A DNA stretch of 64,000 bases from an uncultured Chloroflexia bacterium (GTDB lineage Bacteria; Chloroflexota; Limnocylindria; QHBO01): positions 95,735 to 159,734 of the forward strand of contig CAWEUD010000041.1 of assembly GCA_963812115.1 (NCBI GenBank). Direction: 5' to 3'. The notes beneath the pieces were generated by a model. The model searched no databases and was not told where the DNA came from. It saw only the letters and a program-made list of their open reading frames with translations. A program made the translations under genes and the position numbers. The number at the start of each line of letters is the position of its first letter. Positions within the stretch are counted from its first letter, which is position 1. Of the stretch, positions 19,277 to 29,784 are shown piece after piece.

Positions 19277-20365
19277 GTGCCCCAGAGGACGATGCCACGG
19301 CCCAAGCTGGATCCCCGCCTGCCACTGACCGAGCTCCACGTTCACCTTGGAGCCGCCGTCTCACCGGCCATCATGTGGGGCATCGCCCATTCCCAGGGCA
19401 TTCGCCTGCCCACCAAGGACTACTGGGCGTTCCGCGACCTGATCACCGTCGGCCGCCGCCGGCGCTCGTTCCAGGCTTACCTCGATCTCTTCCACTGGAC
19501 CGAGCTGATCCAGTCCAGCCCCATCGCGGTGGAGCGCAGCGTCTACGAGGTCATCGGCGGCGCCTACCGCAAGAACAACATCACCAGGCTCGAGCTTCGC
19601 TTCAATCCGATGAAGCGCAACCGCGGCGGTGAGCAGGACCTCGACCACATCATCGCCGCCGCCGTGCGCGGAATGGATCGCGCCGTCCTCGAGTACCCCC
19701 ACGTGCGGGCGGGCCTCATCCTCTGCCTCGACCGCTCCTTCAGCTACGAGCTCAACGAGATCATCGCCAGCAAGGCCATCGCCTGGCGCGATCGCGGCGT
19801 GGTGGCGGTCGACATCGCCGGCCCCGTGGAGCCGTCTTTCCGCTTCGCCGAGTACAGCGGCCTCTTCGCGGAGGTGCGGCGCTCCGGCCTCGGCGTGACG
19901 GTCCACGCAGGCGAGACCGGCGGTCCCGAAGAGGTCCGCGAAGCGGTGGAGGCCCTGCAGCCGACGCGCATCGGCCACGGCGTCAAGAGCGCGCAGGACC
20001 CGCGCGTCATGGACATGCTGCGGGAGCGGGGCGTGGTGCTGGAGGTCTGCGTCTCGTCGAACCTGAACACCCGCGTGGTGGGGAGCCTCGGCGAGATGCG
20101 CGAGATCATGCGCCGCCTCGTGGACCACCGCGTGCGCTTCGCCCTGTCGACCGATGGCCCGGAGATGCTGCGCGCCTATCTGCGCGACGAAGTCGCCACC
20201 GTGCTGCGCAACGACATCCTCTCCATGGAGGAGGTCCATCGCGCCCTGGCGGTCGCCGACGAGGCCTCGTTCGTGGACCGCGCGCCGCTCCCCGGCGGCG
20301 TGCGCCTTCCCGCCGAGCGTCCGCCCGAGGACCGCGCCGCGATCGCCCTCGAGGTCGAGGTCTAG
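19277..20365 (+). CDS. Adenosine deaminase-like amidohydrolase
   Basis: ELHVHL, VHAGE, RIGHG, EVCVSSN, STDGP. Confidence 0.9.
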   Translation: MPQRTMPRPKLDPRLPLTELHVHLGAAVSPAIMWGIAHSQGIRLPTKDYWAFRDLITVGRRRRSFQAYLDLFHWTELIQSSPIAVERSVYEVIGGAYRKNNITRLELRFNPMKRNRGGEQDLDHIIAAAVRGMDRAVLEYPHVRAGLILCLDRSFSYELNEIIASKAIAWRDRGVVAVDIAGPVEPSFRFAEYSGLFAEVRRSGLGVTVHAGETGGPEEVREAVEALQPTRIGHGVKSAQDPRVMDMLRERGVVLEVCVSSNLNTRVVGSLGEMREIMRRLVDHRVRFALSTDGPEMLRAYLRDEVATVLRNDILSMEEVHRALAVADEASFVDRAPLPGGVRLPAERPPEDRAAIALEVEV

Positions 20366-20383
20366 GCTGATAGACTGCCGGCC

Positions 20384-21247
20384 GTGTCATCGATCTGGCG
20401 ACCGGTTCGGGAGCGACAGCCGGTCCGCAGCTTGATGGTCGTCGTCGCCCACCCGGGCGATGAGGCCTTCGGGTTCGCGGGGGCCATCGCCCAGGCAGCC
20501 ACCACGGGTGCCTACGTCGTGCTGGTGTGTGCCACGCGCGGGCGGTTCGACGCACGCCTGGTCGAGAAGGCTCCGGCCCCCGGCGGCCGCAACCGCCACT
20601 ACAGTCGGCCGGTCGTCTGGCGCAACCTGGACACCGTGCGCGAGGACGAGATGCGGCGCTCGGTGACGCTCCTCGGCGTCCGCGTGCTGCGGATGCTCGA
20701 CTACGCGGAGGAAGACCTGGCGAACGTCGACTTCGACGAGCTCGTGTCGCGGATCGTGGAGCCGATCCGGATGCACCGACCGGAGGTCATCCTCACCTTT
20801 GGGCCCGATGGCGTGAGCGGTGATGCCGACCACGTCGTCGTCGGCCGCGCGGCTGCTGCGGCATTCGACCTGGCGGCCGAGCCGCTCGCCTACGAGGACG
20901 ACCTGGAGGAGGACCAGGTGGCGTGGCGCGCCGCCAAGCTCTACCACCTCGTGGTCCCGCCGCAGCAGGTCGCGGAGCTTGGAGGACGAGCCCCCGACGC
21001 CTACGGCTCGTCCGAGAACCCGACCCTCACCATCGAGCTGGGCGACCTGGCGCAGCTCAAGCTGGCGGCGATCCGCCGTCACGTCTCGCAGACCGGCTCG
21101 GCCGGGCCCTTCCAGGACTGGAGCCCCGAGATGCGCGATGCCTACCTGGCCACCGAACACTACCGCCTGGTGCGCTCCAACCTCGCGGTCGCAGCCGGTG
21201 GACCCGCGGCCGGCCACGAGTCCAGCCTCTGGGACGGACTCCCCTGA
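20384..21247 (+). CDS. PIG-L family deacetylase-like protein (degenerate motifs)
   Basis: AHPGDE, ATRG, TFGPDG.SGDADH, AIRRHVSQ. Confidence 0.82.
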   Translation: MSSIWRPVRERQPVRSLMVVVAHPGDEAFGFAGAIAQAATTGAYVVLVCATRGRFDARLVEKAPAPGGRNRHYSRPVVWRNLDTVREDEMRRSVTLLGVRVLRMLDYAEEDLANVDFDELVSRIVEPIRMHRPEVILTFGPDGVSGDADHVVVGRAAAAAFDLAAEPLAYEDDLEEDQVAWRAAKLYHLVVPPQQVAELGGRAPDAYGSSENPTLTIELGDLAQLKLAAIRRHVSQTGSAGPFQDWSPEMRDAYLATEHYRLVRSNLAVAAGGPAAGHESSLWDGLP

Positions 21248-21354
21248 ACCCTTCTCCCGCCGCTGGGTCAACATAGGCAGCATCGGCGGCAGCGCTGCTC
21301 TGGTAGGCTCGCCGGTGGAGACCGATTGCCACACGAAAGGAAGCCGAGCACGGC

Positions 21355-22437
21355 ATGTCCGACCAGCTCACGAACGACAACATCATGGCCGTCCTCGGCC
21401 AGGTCAAGGATCCGGAGATCGGCCGAGACCTCGTCAGCCTCGGCATGGTCAAGGGCATCGAGATCAACGGCACGGCCGTCGACCTCACCGTCGAGCTGAC
21501 CACGCCGGCTTGCCCACTCAAGGCCAAGATCGAATCCGATATCGTCACCGGGCTGGAGGGACTGGGCGCGTCCGCTGTACGCGTCGACTGGGCGAGCAAC
21601 GTCAAGCGCTCGTTCGGCGGCCCTGCCGCCGACCTCATCCCGGGCGTGAGGAACACCATCGCCGTGGCCTCGGGCAAGGGAGGGGTAGGCAAGACGACGG
21701 TCGCGGTCAACCTGGCCGTCAGCCTCGCTCGCGACGGTGCCCGTGTCGGCCTGCTCGACGCCGATATCACCGGCCCCAACGTCCCGCTCATGATGGGCAC
21801 CGGCGGCGCCCACGTGACGGGCAATGGCGGTCGCGTGAACCCGGTCAGCAGCCACGGCGTGCAGATGATGAGCATCCAGTACTTCCTCACCGGCGACGCG
21901 CCGGTGATCTGGCGCGGGCCGCTCATCCACTCCGCGATCCAGCAGTTCCTGCGCGACGTGGAGTGGGGAGAGCTCGACTACCTGGTGATCGACCTGCCCC
22001 CGGGGACCGGGGACGCGGCGCTCTCCATCAGCCAGCTCATCCCGCTCTCCGGCGCGGTCATCGTCACCACGCCGCAGGAGGTCAGCCTGCTCGACGCGCG
22101 GAAGGCCATCTCGATGTTCAACAAGGTCAACGTCCGCACCATCGGCGTGGTCGAGAACATGAGCAGCTTCATCTGTCCCGACTGCGGCCACGAGCACGAC
22201 ATCTTCGGCTCGGGCGGTGCCAACAGCATCGCGCGCGAGCTCGGCCTCGAGGTCCTGGGCCGCATCCCGCTGGAGCCCGGCGTGCGGGCGGGCGGCGATG
22301 CCGGGGTGCCGATCACGTCGGCGCAGCATCCCAACTCCGAGGATTCCGCAGCCGCGGGCGCGCTGCGCCAGGTCGCGCGAACGGTCGCCGGTCGTGTCAG
22401 CGTGATCGCCGCGCCGTTCGCCGCCGCCGCCGGCTGA
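21355..22437 (+). CDS. apbC: Mrp/NBP35 (ApbC) Fe-S cluster carrier ATPase
   Basis: DUF59 (DPEI, LTTPACP), ASGKGGVGKTT, DLPPGTGD, ENMS..CPDC. Confidence 0.94.
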   Translation: MSDQLTNDNIMAVLGQVKDPEIGRDLVSLGMVKGIEINGTAVDLTVELTTPACPLKAKIESDIVTGLEGLGASAVRVDWASNVKRSFGGPAADLIPGVRNTIAVASGKGGVGKTTVAVNLAVSLARDGARVGLLDADITGPNVPLMMGTGGAHVTGNGGRVNPVSSHGVQMMSIQYFLTGDAPVIWRGPLIHSAIQQFLRDVEWGELDYLVIDLPPGTGDAALSISQLIPLSGAVIVTTPQEVSLLDARKAISMFNKVNVRTIGVVENMSSFICPDCGHEHDIFGSGGANSIARELGLEVLGRIPLEPGVRAGGDAGVPITSAQHPNSEDSAAAGALRQVARTVAGRVSVIAAPFAAAAG

Positions 22438-22504
22438 GCGACGCCTCGAAGGTACTGTCGCCGGGGGGTGCCACCGACCGACCTGCGTGCCTAGAATCGG
22501 GTGG

Positions 22505-23281
22505 ATGCGGATCGCGCTGATTGCCGACCTCCACGCGAACCTGCCGGCCCTTCGCGCCGTGCTGGACGACACCGCCCGCATCGGCTGTGACGCCGTGTGG
22601 TGTGCGGGGGACCTCGTCGGTCGTGGGCCGCACCCCGACGAGGTGGTGGAGCTGATCCGCGAGCGGGAGATCCCCACCGTCCAGGGCAACTGGGACGAGG
22701 CCGTAGCGATGGGTCGCGCCGTCACCGGCTCGCTGTGGGCATCATCCGACGCGGAGCGGCTCGGGCAGCAGTCGCTGGCATGGACCACGGGACGCCTGTC
22801 GGAGGAGAACCTGGCCTGGCTCCGCCAGCTGCCGACCAACCTCCGGCTCCTCGTCGAGGGACGGAACGCCCAGCTCTTCCACGGCAGCCCGCTGAAGCCG
22901 AGCGAGTACCTGTGGGAGGAGCGGCCCTCGCGCCACTTCGCTCGCATCGCGACCGACGAAGGCGACGAGCTGTTCTGCTTCGGGCATTCGCACGAAACCT
23001 TCCACCGTGTGAGCGGGGAAGCCCACTTCGTGGCTGGCGGCTCGGTGGGCTGCGGCGGCGTGGGGGACGCGAACGCACGCTACGCGGTGATCTACGTCAC
23101 CGAGGCCGATCTGGTCGTCGGATTCCGCAGCATCGCCTACGAGCGGGCGGACGTGCTGCGCGACCTCGCGGCCGCCGGCCTCTCTGCCGACCTGCTTGGC
23201 TCACACCCGGTACCGCACCCGACCGGCGATGCGGCGCCGGTGCCTTCGGAGACCGAGGAGGACGTCGCTCAGACGGGGTAG
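22505..23281 (+). CDS. Calcineurin-like metallophosphoesterase
   Basis: DLHAN, GDLV, GNWD, HGSP, GHSH. Confidence 0.9.
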   Translation: MRIALIADLHANLPALRAVLDDTARIGCDAVWCAGDLVGRGPHPDEVVELIREREIPTVQGNWDEAVAMGRAVTGSLWASSDAERLGQQSLAWTTGRLSEENLAWLRQLPTNLRLLVEGRNAQLFHGSPLKPSEYLWEERPSRHFARIATDEGDELFCFGHSHETFHRVSGEAHFVAGGSVGCGGVGDANARYAVIYVTEADLVVGFRSIAYERADVLRDLAAAGLSADLLGSHPVPHPTGDAAPVPSETEEDVAQTG

Positions 23282-24201
23282 GAACCGATCGCCGCGATCA
23301 TCCGCTCCCAGAAGCGGTCCGCATCGAGGTCCGTGCCGACCTCCGCGTTCGCTGGGCGACCCGTCGTGCCGTAGACGTCGCAGACCGTCCGTCCGTAGGA
23401 AAGCTCCGATTCGGTGTCGATGGCCACGTTCATGCGGCTGGTCGGCATGATCGCGGGATCCAGCAGCCAGGCGATGGCGCACGGATCGTGCACCGCGGGC
23501 GCCGCAAAGCCAAAGACCCGCTCGTAGGTATCCGCGAAGTAACGCAGCAGGGTCGCCGACATGCGTGCGACCGGCGTACCGAGCGCGTCGATCCTCGACA
23601 GCACCTCCGGCGTCGCGAGCGCGCGGTGCGTGACCTCCAGAGGCACCATGGTGACGGGCCGGCCGGCGCCGAAGACCACCGCGGCCGCCTCCGGGTCGGC
23701 GTAGATGTTGAACTCGGCCGAGGGCGTCCAGTTGCCGAGGCCGATGGCGCCTCCCATCAGCACGATCTGCTCGACGCGGCTCGCGACCGACGTCCGCTGC
23801 AACGCGGTGGCCACGTTGGTCAGCGGCCCGGTGGCGACGATCGTCAGCGGTCCAACCTCGAGCTCCTCGAGGATCAGGTCCACCCCGTTTCGCGGGTCCG
23901 CATCCACGAGTGGCTCCGTCCACTCCGGCCCGTCGAGGCCGGAGCTCCCGTGGATGGATGCGGCCATGAGCTGCTCGCGCGCCATCGGCCGCTCGCAGCC
24001 GGCGGCGATCGGAACCTGGCGAATGCCGGCCACCGAGCACACGCGGCGGGCATTCAGCGTCACCTTGTCGACCGTCTGGTTGCCGGCCACGGTCGTGATC
24101 GCGACCAGGTCCAGCTCGGGGCTGGCCGCGGCCAGCAGGATGGCCATGGCGTCGTCGTGGCCGGGATCGCAGTCCAGGATCACGCGCCGACGATCGGCCA
24201 T
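23269..24201 (-). CDS. Inosine/uridine-preferring nucleoside hydrolase
   Basis: DCDPGHDDA, TGPLTN, AEFNIYADP, VHDP. Confidence 0.94.
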   Translation of the reverse strand: MADRRRVILDCDPGHDDAMAILLAAASPELDLVAITTVAGNQTVDKVTLNARRVCSVAGIRQVPIAAGCERPMAREQLMAASIHGSSGLDGPEWTEPLVDADPRNGVDLILEELEVGPLTIVATGPLTNVATALQRTSVASRVEQIVLMGGAIGLGNWTPSAEFNIYADPEAAAVVFGAGRPVTMVPLEVTHRALATPEVLSRIDALGTPVARMSATLLRYFADTYERVFGFAAPAVHDPCAIAWLLDPAIMPTSRMNVAIDTESELSYGRTVCDVYGTTGRPANAEVGTDLDADRFWERMIAAIGSYPV

Positions 24202-25484
24202 CACTCCTTGACGTAGGGCTTGCCGTCGGCAGCGGGCGCGCGCGCCCGGCCGACCACGCCGGCCACCACCACGATGGTGACGATGTAGGGCAGCATCAGC
24301 AGGAACTCGGACGGGATGGCCACCGAGAGGATCGACAGCCGTCCCTGGATGGCATCGGCGAATCCGAAGACCAGCCCGGCGAGGGCTCCCCCGATCGGGT
24401 TCCACCCACCGAAGATCATGGCCGCCAGGCCGATGAAGCCCTTCCCGGCGCTCATTCCGTCCTCGAAGCCGCCGGTGGAGCCGATGGTGAAGTACGCACC
24501 GCCGATGCCGGCCACGATGCCGCCCAGGAGGACGTTGACGTACCTGACCCGGTACACGTTGATGCCGACGGTATCGGCCGCCCGTGGGTGCTCGCCCACG
24601 GCTCGGACGCGCAGGCCCCAGCGCGTGTAGAACAGCCCGAAGTAGATGAGCGCAATCAGCGCGTAGAGGATGTACACGAACAGGTTGTGGCGGAACAGGA
24701 TCGGCCCCAGCACCGGGATGTCCGACAGGATGGGCACGTTCCAGGGCAGGAACTTCTCCGGCGTATTCAGCTCGGCCCGGTTCTCCTGGAGCCAGCGAAT
24801 GGCGAGGAACGCCGTGAGGCCGGTCACGAAGATGTTGATGAAGAAGCCCGCGATGATCTGGTCGACCCGGTAGCGAATCGCAAGGACGGCCAGCACGAGC
24901 GCCAGCACCGCGCCGGTCAGGATGGCGGCTGCCAGCCCGATCCAGACGCTGTCCGTCACGCTGGTCACCACCGCCGAGGTGAAGGCGCCGCCCAGCAGCA
25001 TGCCCTCGATGGCGATGTTGACGACGCCGGCGCGCTCGCAGAGGACGCCGGAGAGCGCCCCGAACACGATGGGCACCGCGCGGCTGACCGAGGACTGGAG
25101 GACACCGGTGAGGCTCATCGACTGCCCGGCCGCAACCCACACCAGGAAGGTGAATACGAAGAGGGCGGCCACGCCGCCGAGCACCAGCGCCCACCGCGTG
25201 CCGAAGCCCCGGGTAAGCTGCACGGCTGCCAGCGCCGCAACCACGGCGGCCAGCAGGTACGCCGTCGCCGCAGATGGGAGTACCAGGTCGGGGACGCTGA
25301 CGGTGACTGGCGGCAGGTCAAGGACGAGCCTGGACGTCGAATCGCCTGGCACCGGCAGGCCGAAGCTGAGCAGCATGACCGCCGCGACGGCCAGGTAGAT
25401 GACACCCAGGATGCGCTGCCGGGTTCGGGCCTTGCGCTCGCTGAGGTCCATCACGCGTGGCTCGGCGGCAGCAGCGGCGGTCAC
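24201..25484 (-). CDS. Nucleoside ABC transporter permease
   Basis: ERAGVVNIAIEG, RAVGEHP.AA, GKGFIGLAAMIFG; GTGA overlap start. Confidence 0.92.
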   Translation of the reverse strand: MTAAAAAEPRVMDLSERKARTRQRILGVIYLAVAAVMLLSFGLPVPGDSTSRLVLDLPPVTVSVPDLVLPSAATAYLLAAVVAALAAVQLTRGFGTRWALVLGGVAALFVFTFLVWVAAGQSMSLTGVLQSSVSRAVPIVFGALSGVLCERAGVVNIAIEGMLLGGAFTSAVVTSVTDSVWIGLAAAILTGAVLALVLAVLAIRYRVDQIIAGFFINIFVTGLTAFLAIRWLQENRAELNTPEKFLPWNVPILSDIPVLGPILFRHNLFVYILYALIALIYFGLFYTRWGLRVRAVGEHPRAADTVGINVYRVRYVNVLLGGIVAGIGGAYFTIGSTGGFEDGMSAGKGFIGLAAMIFGGWNPIGGALAGLVFGFADAIQGRLSILSVAIPSEFLLMLPYIVTIVVVAGVVGRARAPAADGKPYVKE

Positions 25485-26767
25485 GATCCCCACCCTTTCG
25501 CGAACACCTCGGTCCCAACGCTGCGCTCGGCACGGATGTGGTAGATGGCACGGACCAGCGCGGGCGCGGCGATGAAGACGATGACCAATGACTGAATGAC
25601 GGTGACGATGTCGATGGGCGTCCCGGTGGCCGCCTGCATCGGCGTCGAGCCGGCACGCAGTGCGCCGAAGAGGATCGCCGCGACCACCACGCCGAGCGGC
25701 CGGTTGGCGCCGATGAGCGCGACCGCGATGCCGGTGAAGCCGTAGCCGCCCGAGAAACCGGGGGTCAGCGAGTGTGACTGTCCGAGCATCACGGCGGCCC
25801 CGCCCAGCCCTGCCAGTCCGCCGGAGATCACCATTGACATCACGGTCGACCAGGCAATGCTGATGCCCGCATAGCGCGCCGCGGACGGGTTGAGGCCCAC
25901 GGCACGGAACTCGAACCCCTTCGTCGAGCGGAAGAGCAACCAGCTGACCGCGATGGCGACCACGATCCCGATCACGATGCCCCAGTGGACCCGCAGCCCG
26001 TCGACCAGGCCCACCAGGTAGGCGCTCGGGTCGACCGTCTTGGAGATCGGGTCACTGCGGCCCTCTCGCTGGACGAACGGCGTCTTCAGGGACCAGTTGA
26101 TGAGGTTGTAGGCGATGTAGTTCATCATGATGGTGACGATCACCTCGTGGGCGCCGGTCCGAGCCTTGAGCAGGCCCGGGACCAGGCCCCACAGGCCCCC
26201 GCCCACGAAGCCGCCCACCACCGCCAGCGGCAGGTGCACGAACCACGGGAGGCCGGTGAACGTGAAGCCAACGATGGCCGCCAGCGTCGCTCCAACCAGG
26301 AACTGACCCTCGCCGCCGATGTTGAAGAGGCCCACACGGAAGGCGAGGGCCACTGCCAGACCGGTGAAGATCAGCGGCGTGGCCGAGACGAGCGTCTCGG
26401 AGATCGGGTTGAGCGCCGGACGGATCTCGGCCCAGTCGAAGGTGAAGAGCGCCTTGACCGTCTGCACCGGATCGCCGATCGATCCGTTCATGAGCGCGGC
26501 GTAGGAGTTGTAGACCGAGGACCAGGATTCGGCCAGCCCATTCAACGGGTCGGAGAAGAGGAGCCCAACCAACCGTGCGTCGGTGACCACGATGATGATG
26601 GCCCCGATGGCCAGCGCGGAGAAGAGGGCGAGCGCCGGCATCAGCAGGCCGCGGAGGACGTGGCCCAGCCGCCCCCGGCTCTGCTCCTCGGCCGGGTCTG
26701 GAGCCTCGCCGCCGCTTTCGACCGCCTCCCCCGGCGTCAGCAGCTCGTCGGGGCGCTCGTCACTCAT
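25481..26767 (-). CDS. Nucleoside ABC transporter permease
   Basis: GLFNIGGEGQ, HEVIVTIMMNYI, GF.GIAVAL. Confidence 0.92.
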   Translation of the reverse strand: MSDERPDELLTPGEAVESGGEAPDPAEEQSRGRLGHVLRGLLMPALALFSALAIGAIIIVVTDARLVGLLFSDPLNGLAESWSSVYNSYAALMNGSIGDPVQTVKALFTFDWAEIRPALNPISETLVSATPLIFTGLAVALAFRVGLFNIGGEGQFLVGATLAAIVGFTFTGLPWFVHLPLAVVGGFVGGGLWGLVPGLLKARTGAHEVIVTIMMNYIAYNLINWSLKTPFVQREGRSDPISKTVDPSAYLVGLVDGLRVHWGIVIGIVVAIAVSWLLFRSTKGFEFRAVGLNPSAARYAGISIAWSTVMSMVISGGLAGLGGAAVMLGQSHSLTPGFSGGYGFTGIAVALIGANRPLGVVVAAILFGALRAGSTPMQAATGTPIDIVTVIQSLVIVFIAAPALVRAIYHIRAERSVGTEVFAKGWGS

Positions 26768-28343
26768 CAGTCGGTCCGTCCTCGTGCGCCGAAACGGCCG
26801 CCGCGGGCTCGGCGAGCGTGGCAGCCTCGGCCTCCGCGGGTTCGGCGCCGCCCATGAGCAATCCGAGTTTCTCGAACGTGCAGTCCTCCGGCGCCAGCGT
26901 GGCGACGATCCTGCCCTTGAACATCACCGCAATGCGATCGCCCAGGCTGATCACCTCCTCAAGCTCGGTGGAGACGATGAGCACCGCGGCGCCGCCATCG
27001 CGTTGCTCGACGATCCGCTTGTGGATGTACTCGATCGAGCCGACGTCCAGGCCTCGCGTCGGCTGCGCGGCGACCACCAGCTTGATGCCGTCGCGACTGA
27101 ACTCGCGTGCCGCAATCACCTTCTGTTGATTGCCGCCGGAGAGGTTGCCGACGTCGTTGAAGATGGACGGCGTCCGGATGTCGAAGGCCTTCACCTCCTC
27201 CTCGGCTGCGGAATTGATCGCCGAGCGGTTCAGGGACAGGCCCGAGGAGTAGGGCTCGTACCAGTAGCTGTTGAGGACCAGGTTGTCGGCGACCGTGAAG
27301 TCGGGCACCAGCCCCTCCTCCAGCCGATCCTCCGGCACATGCGCGACCCCCGCGCGGTACACGGCGCGCGGATCGCTTCGGATCTCCTCTCCGCCGATCC
27401 GGATCGCCCCGGCATCGATGGTGCGCAGGCCGGTGATCGCCTCGACCAGCTCGCTCTGGCCGTTGCCGTGCACGCCGGCGATGGCCACGATTTCCCCGGC
27501 GCGGACGGTGAGGTCCAGGTGGTTCACCGCAGCGTGCCCGCGCTCGTCGCGAACCACGAGATTGGAGATGTTCAGCACCTCGTCGCCGGGCTGGGCCTTG
27601 TCCTTCTCCACCACCAGCTGGACCGGGCGGCCGACCATCATGCGGGCCAGCTCCTCCTGGCTGGTTTCTGCCGGAGTGGTCGTCCCGACCACCTTGCCAC
27701 GGCGCAGGACGGTGATGCGGTCCGCGACCTCCACGACCTCCTGGAGCTTGTGGGTGATGAAGATGACGGCGGTCCCCTCCTTGGCCAGGGACCACATGAT
27801 CTCGAACAGCTCCTCCGTCTCCTGCGGCGTCAAGACCGCTGAGGGCTCGTCCAGGATCAGCACGTCCGACTGGCGGTAGAGGGTCTTGATGATCTCGACC
27901 CGCTGACGCACGCCGACCGGCAGGTCCTCGACCAGCGCGTCGGGTGGCACGTGCAGGCCGTGCTTCTCTGAGAGTTCGACGATCCGGGCACGCGCCGCCG
28001 CTTCGTCCAGCCGTCCCAGCGGCCCTCGCGTGGTTTCCACTCCCAGCATCACGTTCTCGGTCACGGTAAAGACCGGCACCAGCATGAAGTGCTGGTGGAC
28101 CATCCCGATGCCGGCGGCAATCGCGTCGCCGGGGTTACGGAACGCAACCTTCTGGTCGTCGACCAGGATCTCGCCCTCGTCGGGCTGGTACAGCCCGTAG
28201 AGGACGTTCATCAGCGTGGTCTTGCCCGCACCGTTCTCGCCCAGCAGCCCCAGGATCTCGCCGCGATCGACGTGCAGGTCGATCGCCTCGTTGGCGAGTA
28301 CGCCGGGGAAGCGCTTGGTGATCCCGCGTAGCTCGAGCTTCAC
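26760..28343 (-). CDS. Nucleoside ABC transporter ATP-binding protein (double NBD)
   Basis: GENGAGKTT, HQHFMLV, LSGGNQQK, QPTRGLDVG. Confidence 0.94.
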   Translation of the reverse strand: MKLELRGITKRFPGVLANEAIDLHVDRGEILGLLGENGAGKTTLMNVLYGLYQPDEGEILVDDQKVAFRNPGDAIAAGIGMVHQHFMLVPVFTVTENVMLGVETTRGPLGRLDEAAARARIVELSEKHGLHVPPDALVEDLPVGVRQRVEIIKTLYRQSDVLILDEPSAVLTPQETEELFEIMWSLAKEGTAVIFITHKLQEVVEVADRITVLRRGKVVGTTTPAETSQEELARMMVGRPVQLVVEKDKAQPGDEVLNISNLVVRDERGHAAVNHLDLTVRAGEIVAIAGVHGNGQSELVEAITGLRTIDAGAIRIGGEEIRSDPRAVYRAGVAHVPEDRLEEGLVPDFTVADNLVLNSYWYEPYSSGLSLNRSAINSAAEEEVKAFDIRTPSIFNDVGNLSGGNQQKVIAAREFSRDGIKLVVAAQPTRGLDVGSIEYIHKRIVEQRDGGAAVLIVSTELEEVISLGDRIAVMFKGRIVATLAPEDCTFEKLGLLMGGAEPAEAEAATLAEPAAAVSAHEDGPTDE

Positions 28344-28378
28344 GCTGAGGGTGACTCCGAGTTCAGCAGCCGGGTAAC

Positions 28379-28411
28379 GGACGGGCGGCGTCTGTGCGAC
28401 GCCGCCCGTCC
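28379..28411 (-). terminator. Intercistronic hairpin after BMP gene
   Basis: GGACGGGCGGCGTC-N5-GACGCCGCCCGTCC, perfect 14-bp stem. Confidence 0.7.
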
Positions 28412-28452
28412 AGCATAGCGAACCGCGTCAGCGGCCCGTCATTGATATCGGC

Positions 28453-29583
28453 CTAGTAGTAGTCGGAAGGCGAGATGTCTCCGCTGATGATCGCCTCGCT
28501 GAGGGCGTCGATCTCGTCCTTGGTCTCCTGAGAAATCTCGCCATCGTAATCATGGAACGGGGAGAGTCCCACGCCGCCGTTCTCGAGGGTGCTGACGAAG
28601 ACCGCCTGCGGGTCCTCGCCGTCGACGGCGCGCTGGACGGCGTCGAAGACCGAGTTATCGATGCGCTTCATGATGCTCACGAGCGTGAGGTTGCAGGTCG
28701 TCGGCGCGGTCTCGCACCAGTCTGCATCAACGCCCAGGCCCACCGCATCGGTACCCAGCTCCTCGATGGCGGCAAACGTGCCGCCGCCGATCGGTCCGCC
28801 CACCGGCAGGATCACGTCGGCACCCTCCTGGAGCATGCCGACCGTGATGTTCTTCGCATCGTCGGTGCTCTCGAAGTTGCCGGTGAACGTGCCGCTCTGG
28901 GCATCGTTCGGGTCGCGGCCGCCGAGCATCCGGACGCTGCCGCCCTTCTGCTCGTTCCAGTAGTTCATCCCGGCGATGAAGCCGTCCATGAAGTCGGTCA
29001 CGCCCGGGCCGATGTTGATGCCGCCGAAGGTGCCCATGATGCCGGTCTTCGACCAGGAGGCCGAAGCGTAGCCGGCCAGCATGGCCGCCTCAGCGGTGCT
29101 GTAGACCAGGCCCTCGACGTTCGGGATGGCCGGGTCATAGGCGAAGTCGACGATGGCGAAGCGGATATCGGGGTTGGCCTCGGCCGCCGTCTGGGTCGCC
29201 TCACCGAGCAGGAAGCCGACGGTGATGATCATGTCGGCGCCGTCGCTGATGCACTGGTTGATGTTGCGGTCGTAATCTTCCTGTGCATCGGACTGGAGGT
29301 GCTCCTCCGTGATGCCCAGCTCATCGGCCGCGCGCTGCAGGCCATCGAGACCGCTCTGGTTGAAGCTGGCGTCGTCAAAGCCGCCGGTGTCGCTGACCAT
29401 GCAGACCATGTAGTCGACCGCTTCGGCCGATGGGGCCATGCTCTCCGCCTCGGACGGGGCCATGCTCTCCGCCGACGGAGCCATGCTCTCGGCCGATGGC
29501 GACGGGCTTGCCCCGCCGCAGGCGGCCAGAATGAGCGCGAACACGACCATCAGGGTCGCGATGACGCCCGGAAACTTGCGCAT
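28453..29583 (-). CDS. BMP family nucleoside-binding lipoprotein
   Basis: Lipobox LAAC, D.GG.DD.SFNQ, GVDAD, K..DNSV; GGAGGAG RBS. Confidence 0.93.
   Translation of the reverse strand: MRKFPGVIATLMVVFALILAACGGASPSPSAESMAPSAESMAPSEAESMAPSAEAVDYMVCMVSDTGGFDDASFNQSGLDGLQRAADELGITEEHLQSDAQEDYDRNINQCISDGADMIITVGFLLGEATQTAAEANPDIRFAIVDFAYDPAIPNVEGLVYSTAEAAMLAGYASASWSKTGIMGTFGGINIGPGVTDFMDGFIAGMNYWNEQKGGSVRMLGGRDPNDAQSGTFTGNFESTDDAKNITVGMLQEGADVILPVGGPIGGGTFAAIEELGTDAVGLGVDADWCETAPTTCNLTLVSIMKRIDNSVFDAVQRAVDGEDPQAVFVSTLENGGVGLSPFHDYDGEISQETKDEIDALSEAIISGDISPSDYY
29424..29498 (-). repeat. Short in-frame tandem repeat (about 3 x AESMAPS) in lipoprotein linker
   Basis: GCCATGCTCTC unit repeated three times at 21-24 bp spacing. 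Confidence 0.8.
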
Positions 29584-29784
29584 TTTTCTCCTCCACACCA
29601 TGGGTGCGCGTGGCCGCGTGGACATGCGGCCAAGCATTGCGCTCGGGTCACGCACCCGGCGCAGAATTCGCCGCATCATACTGCCGAATCAAGGGCGCAC
29701 TCAAGGTCATTCGGCCCCGTCGCGGGAGGTCGTTCGGCACCGACCGCACGCTGGTCGTTCCCGCCCCTATCATCCGCGACAGTC

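Noticed and set aside
29424-29498. Short direct repeats as a CRISPR-like or contingency locus
   Set aside because: In-frame low-complexity lipoprotein linker with no spacers and no cas genes.
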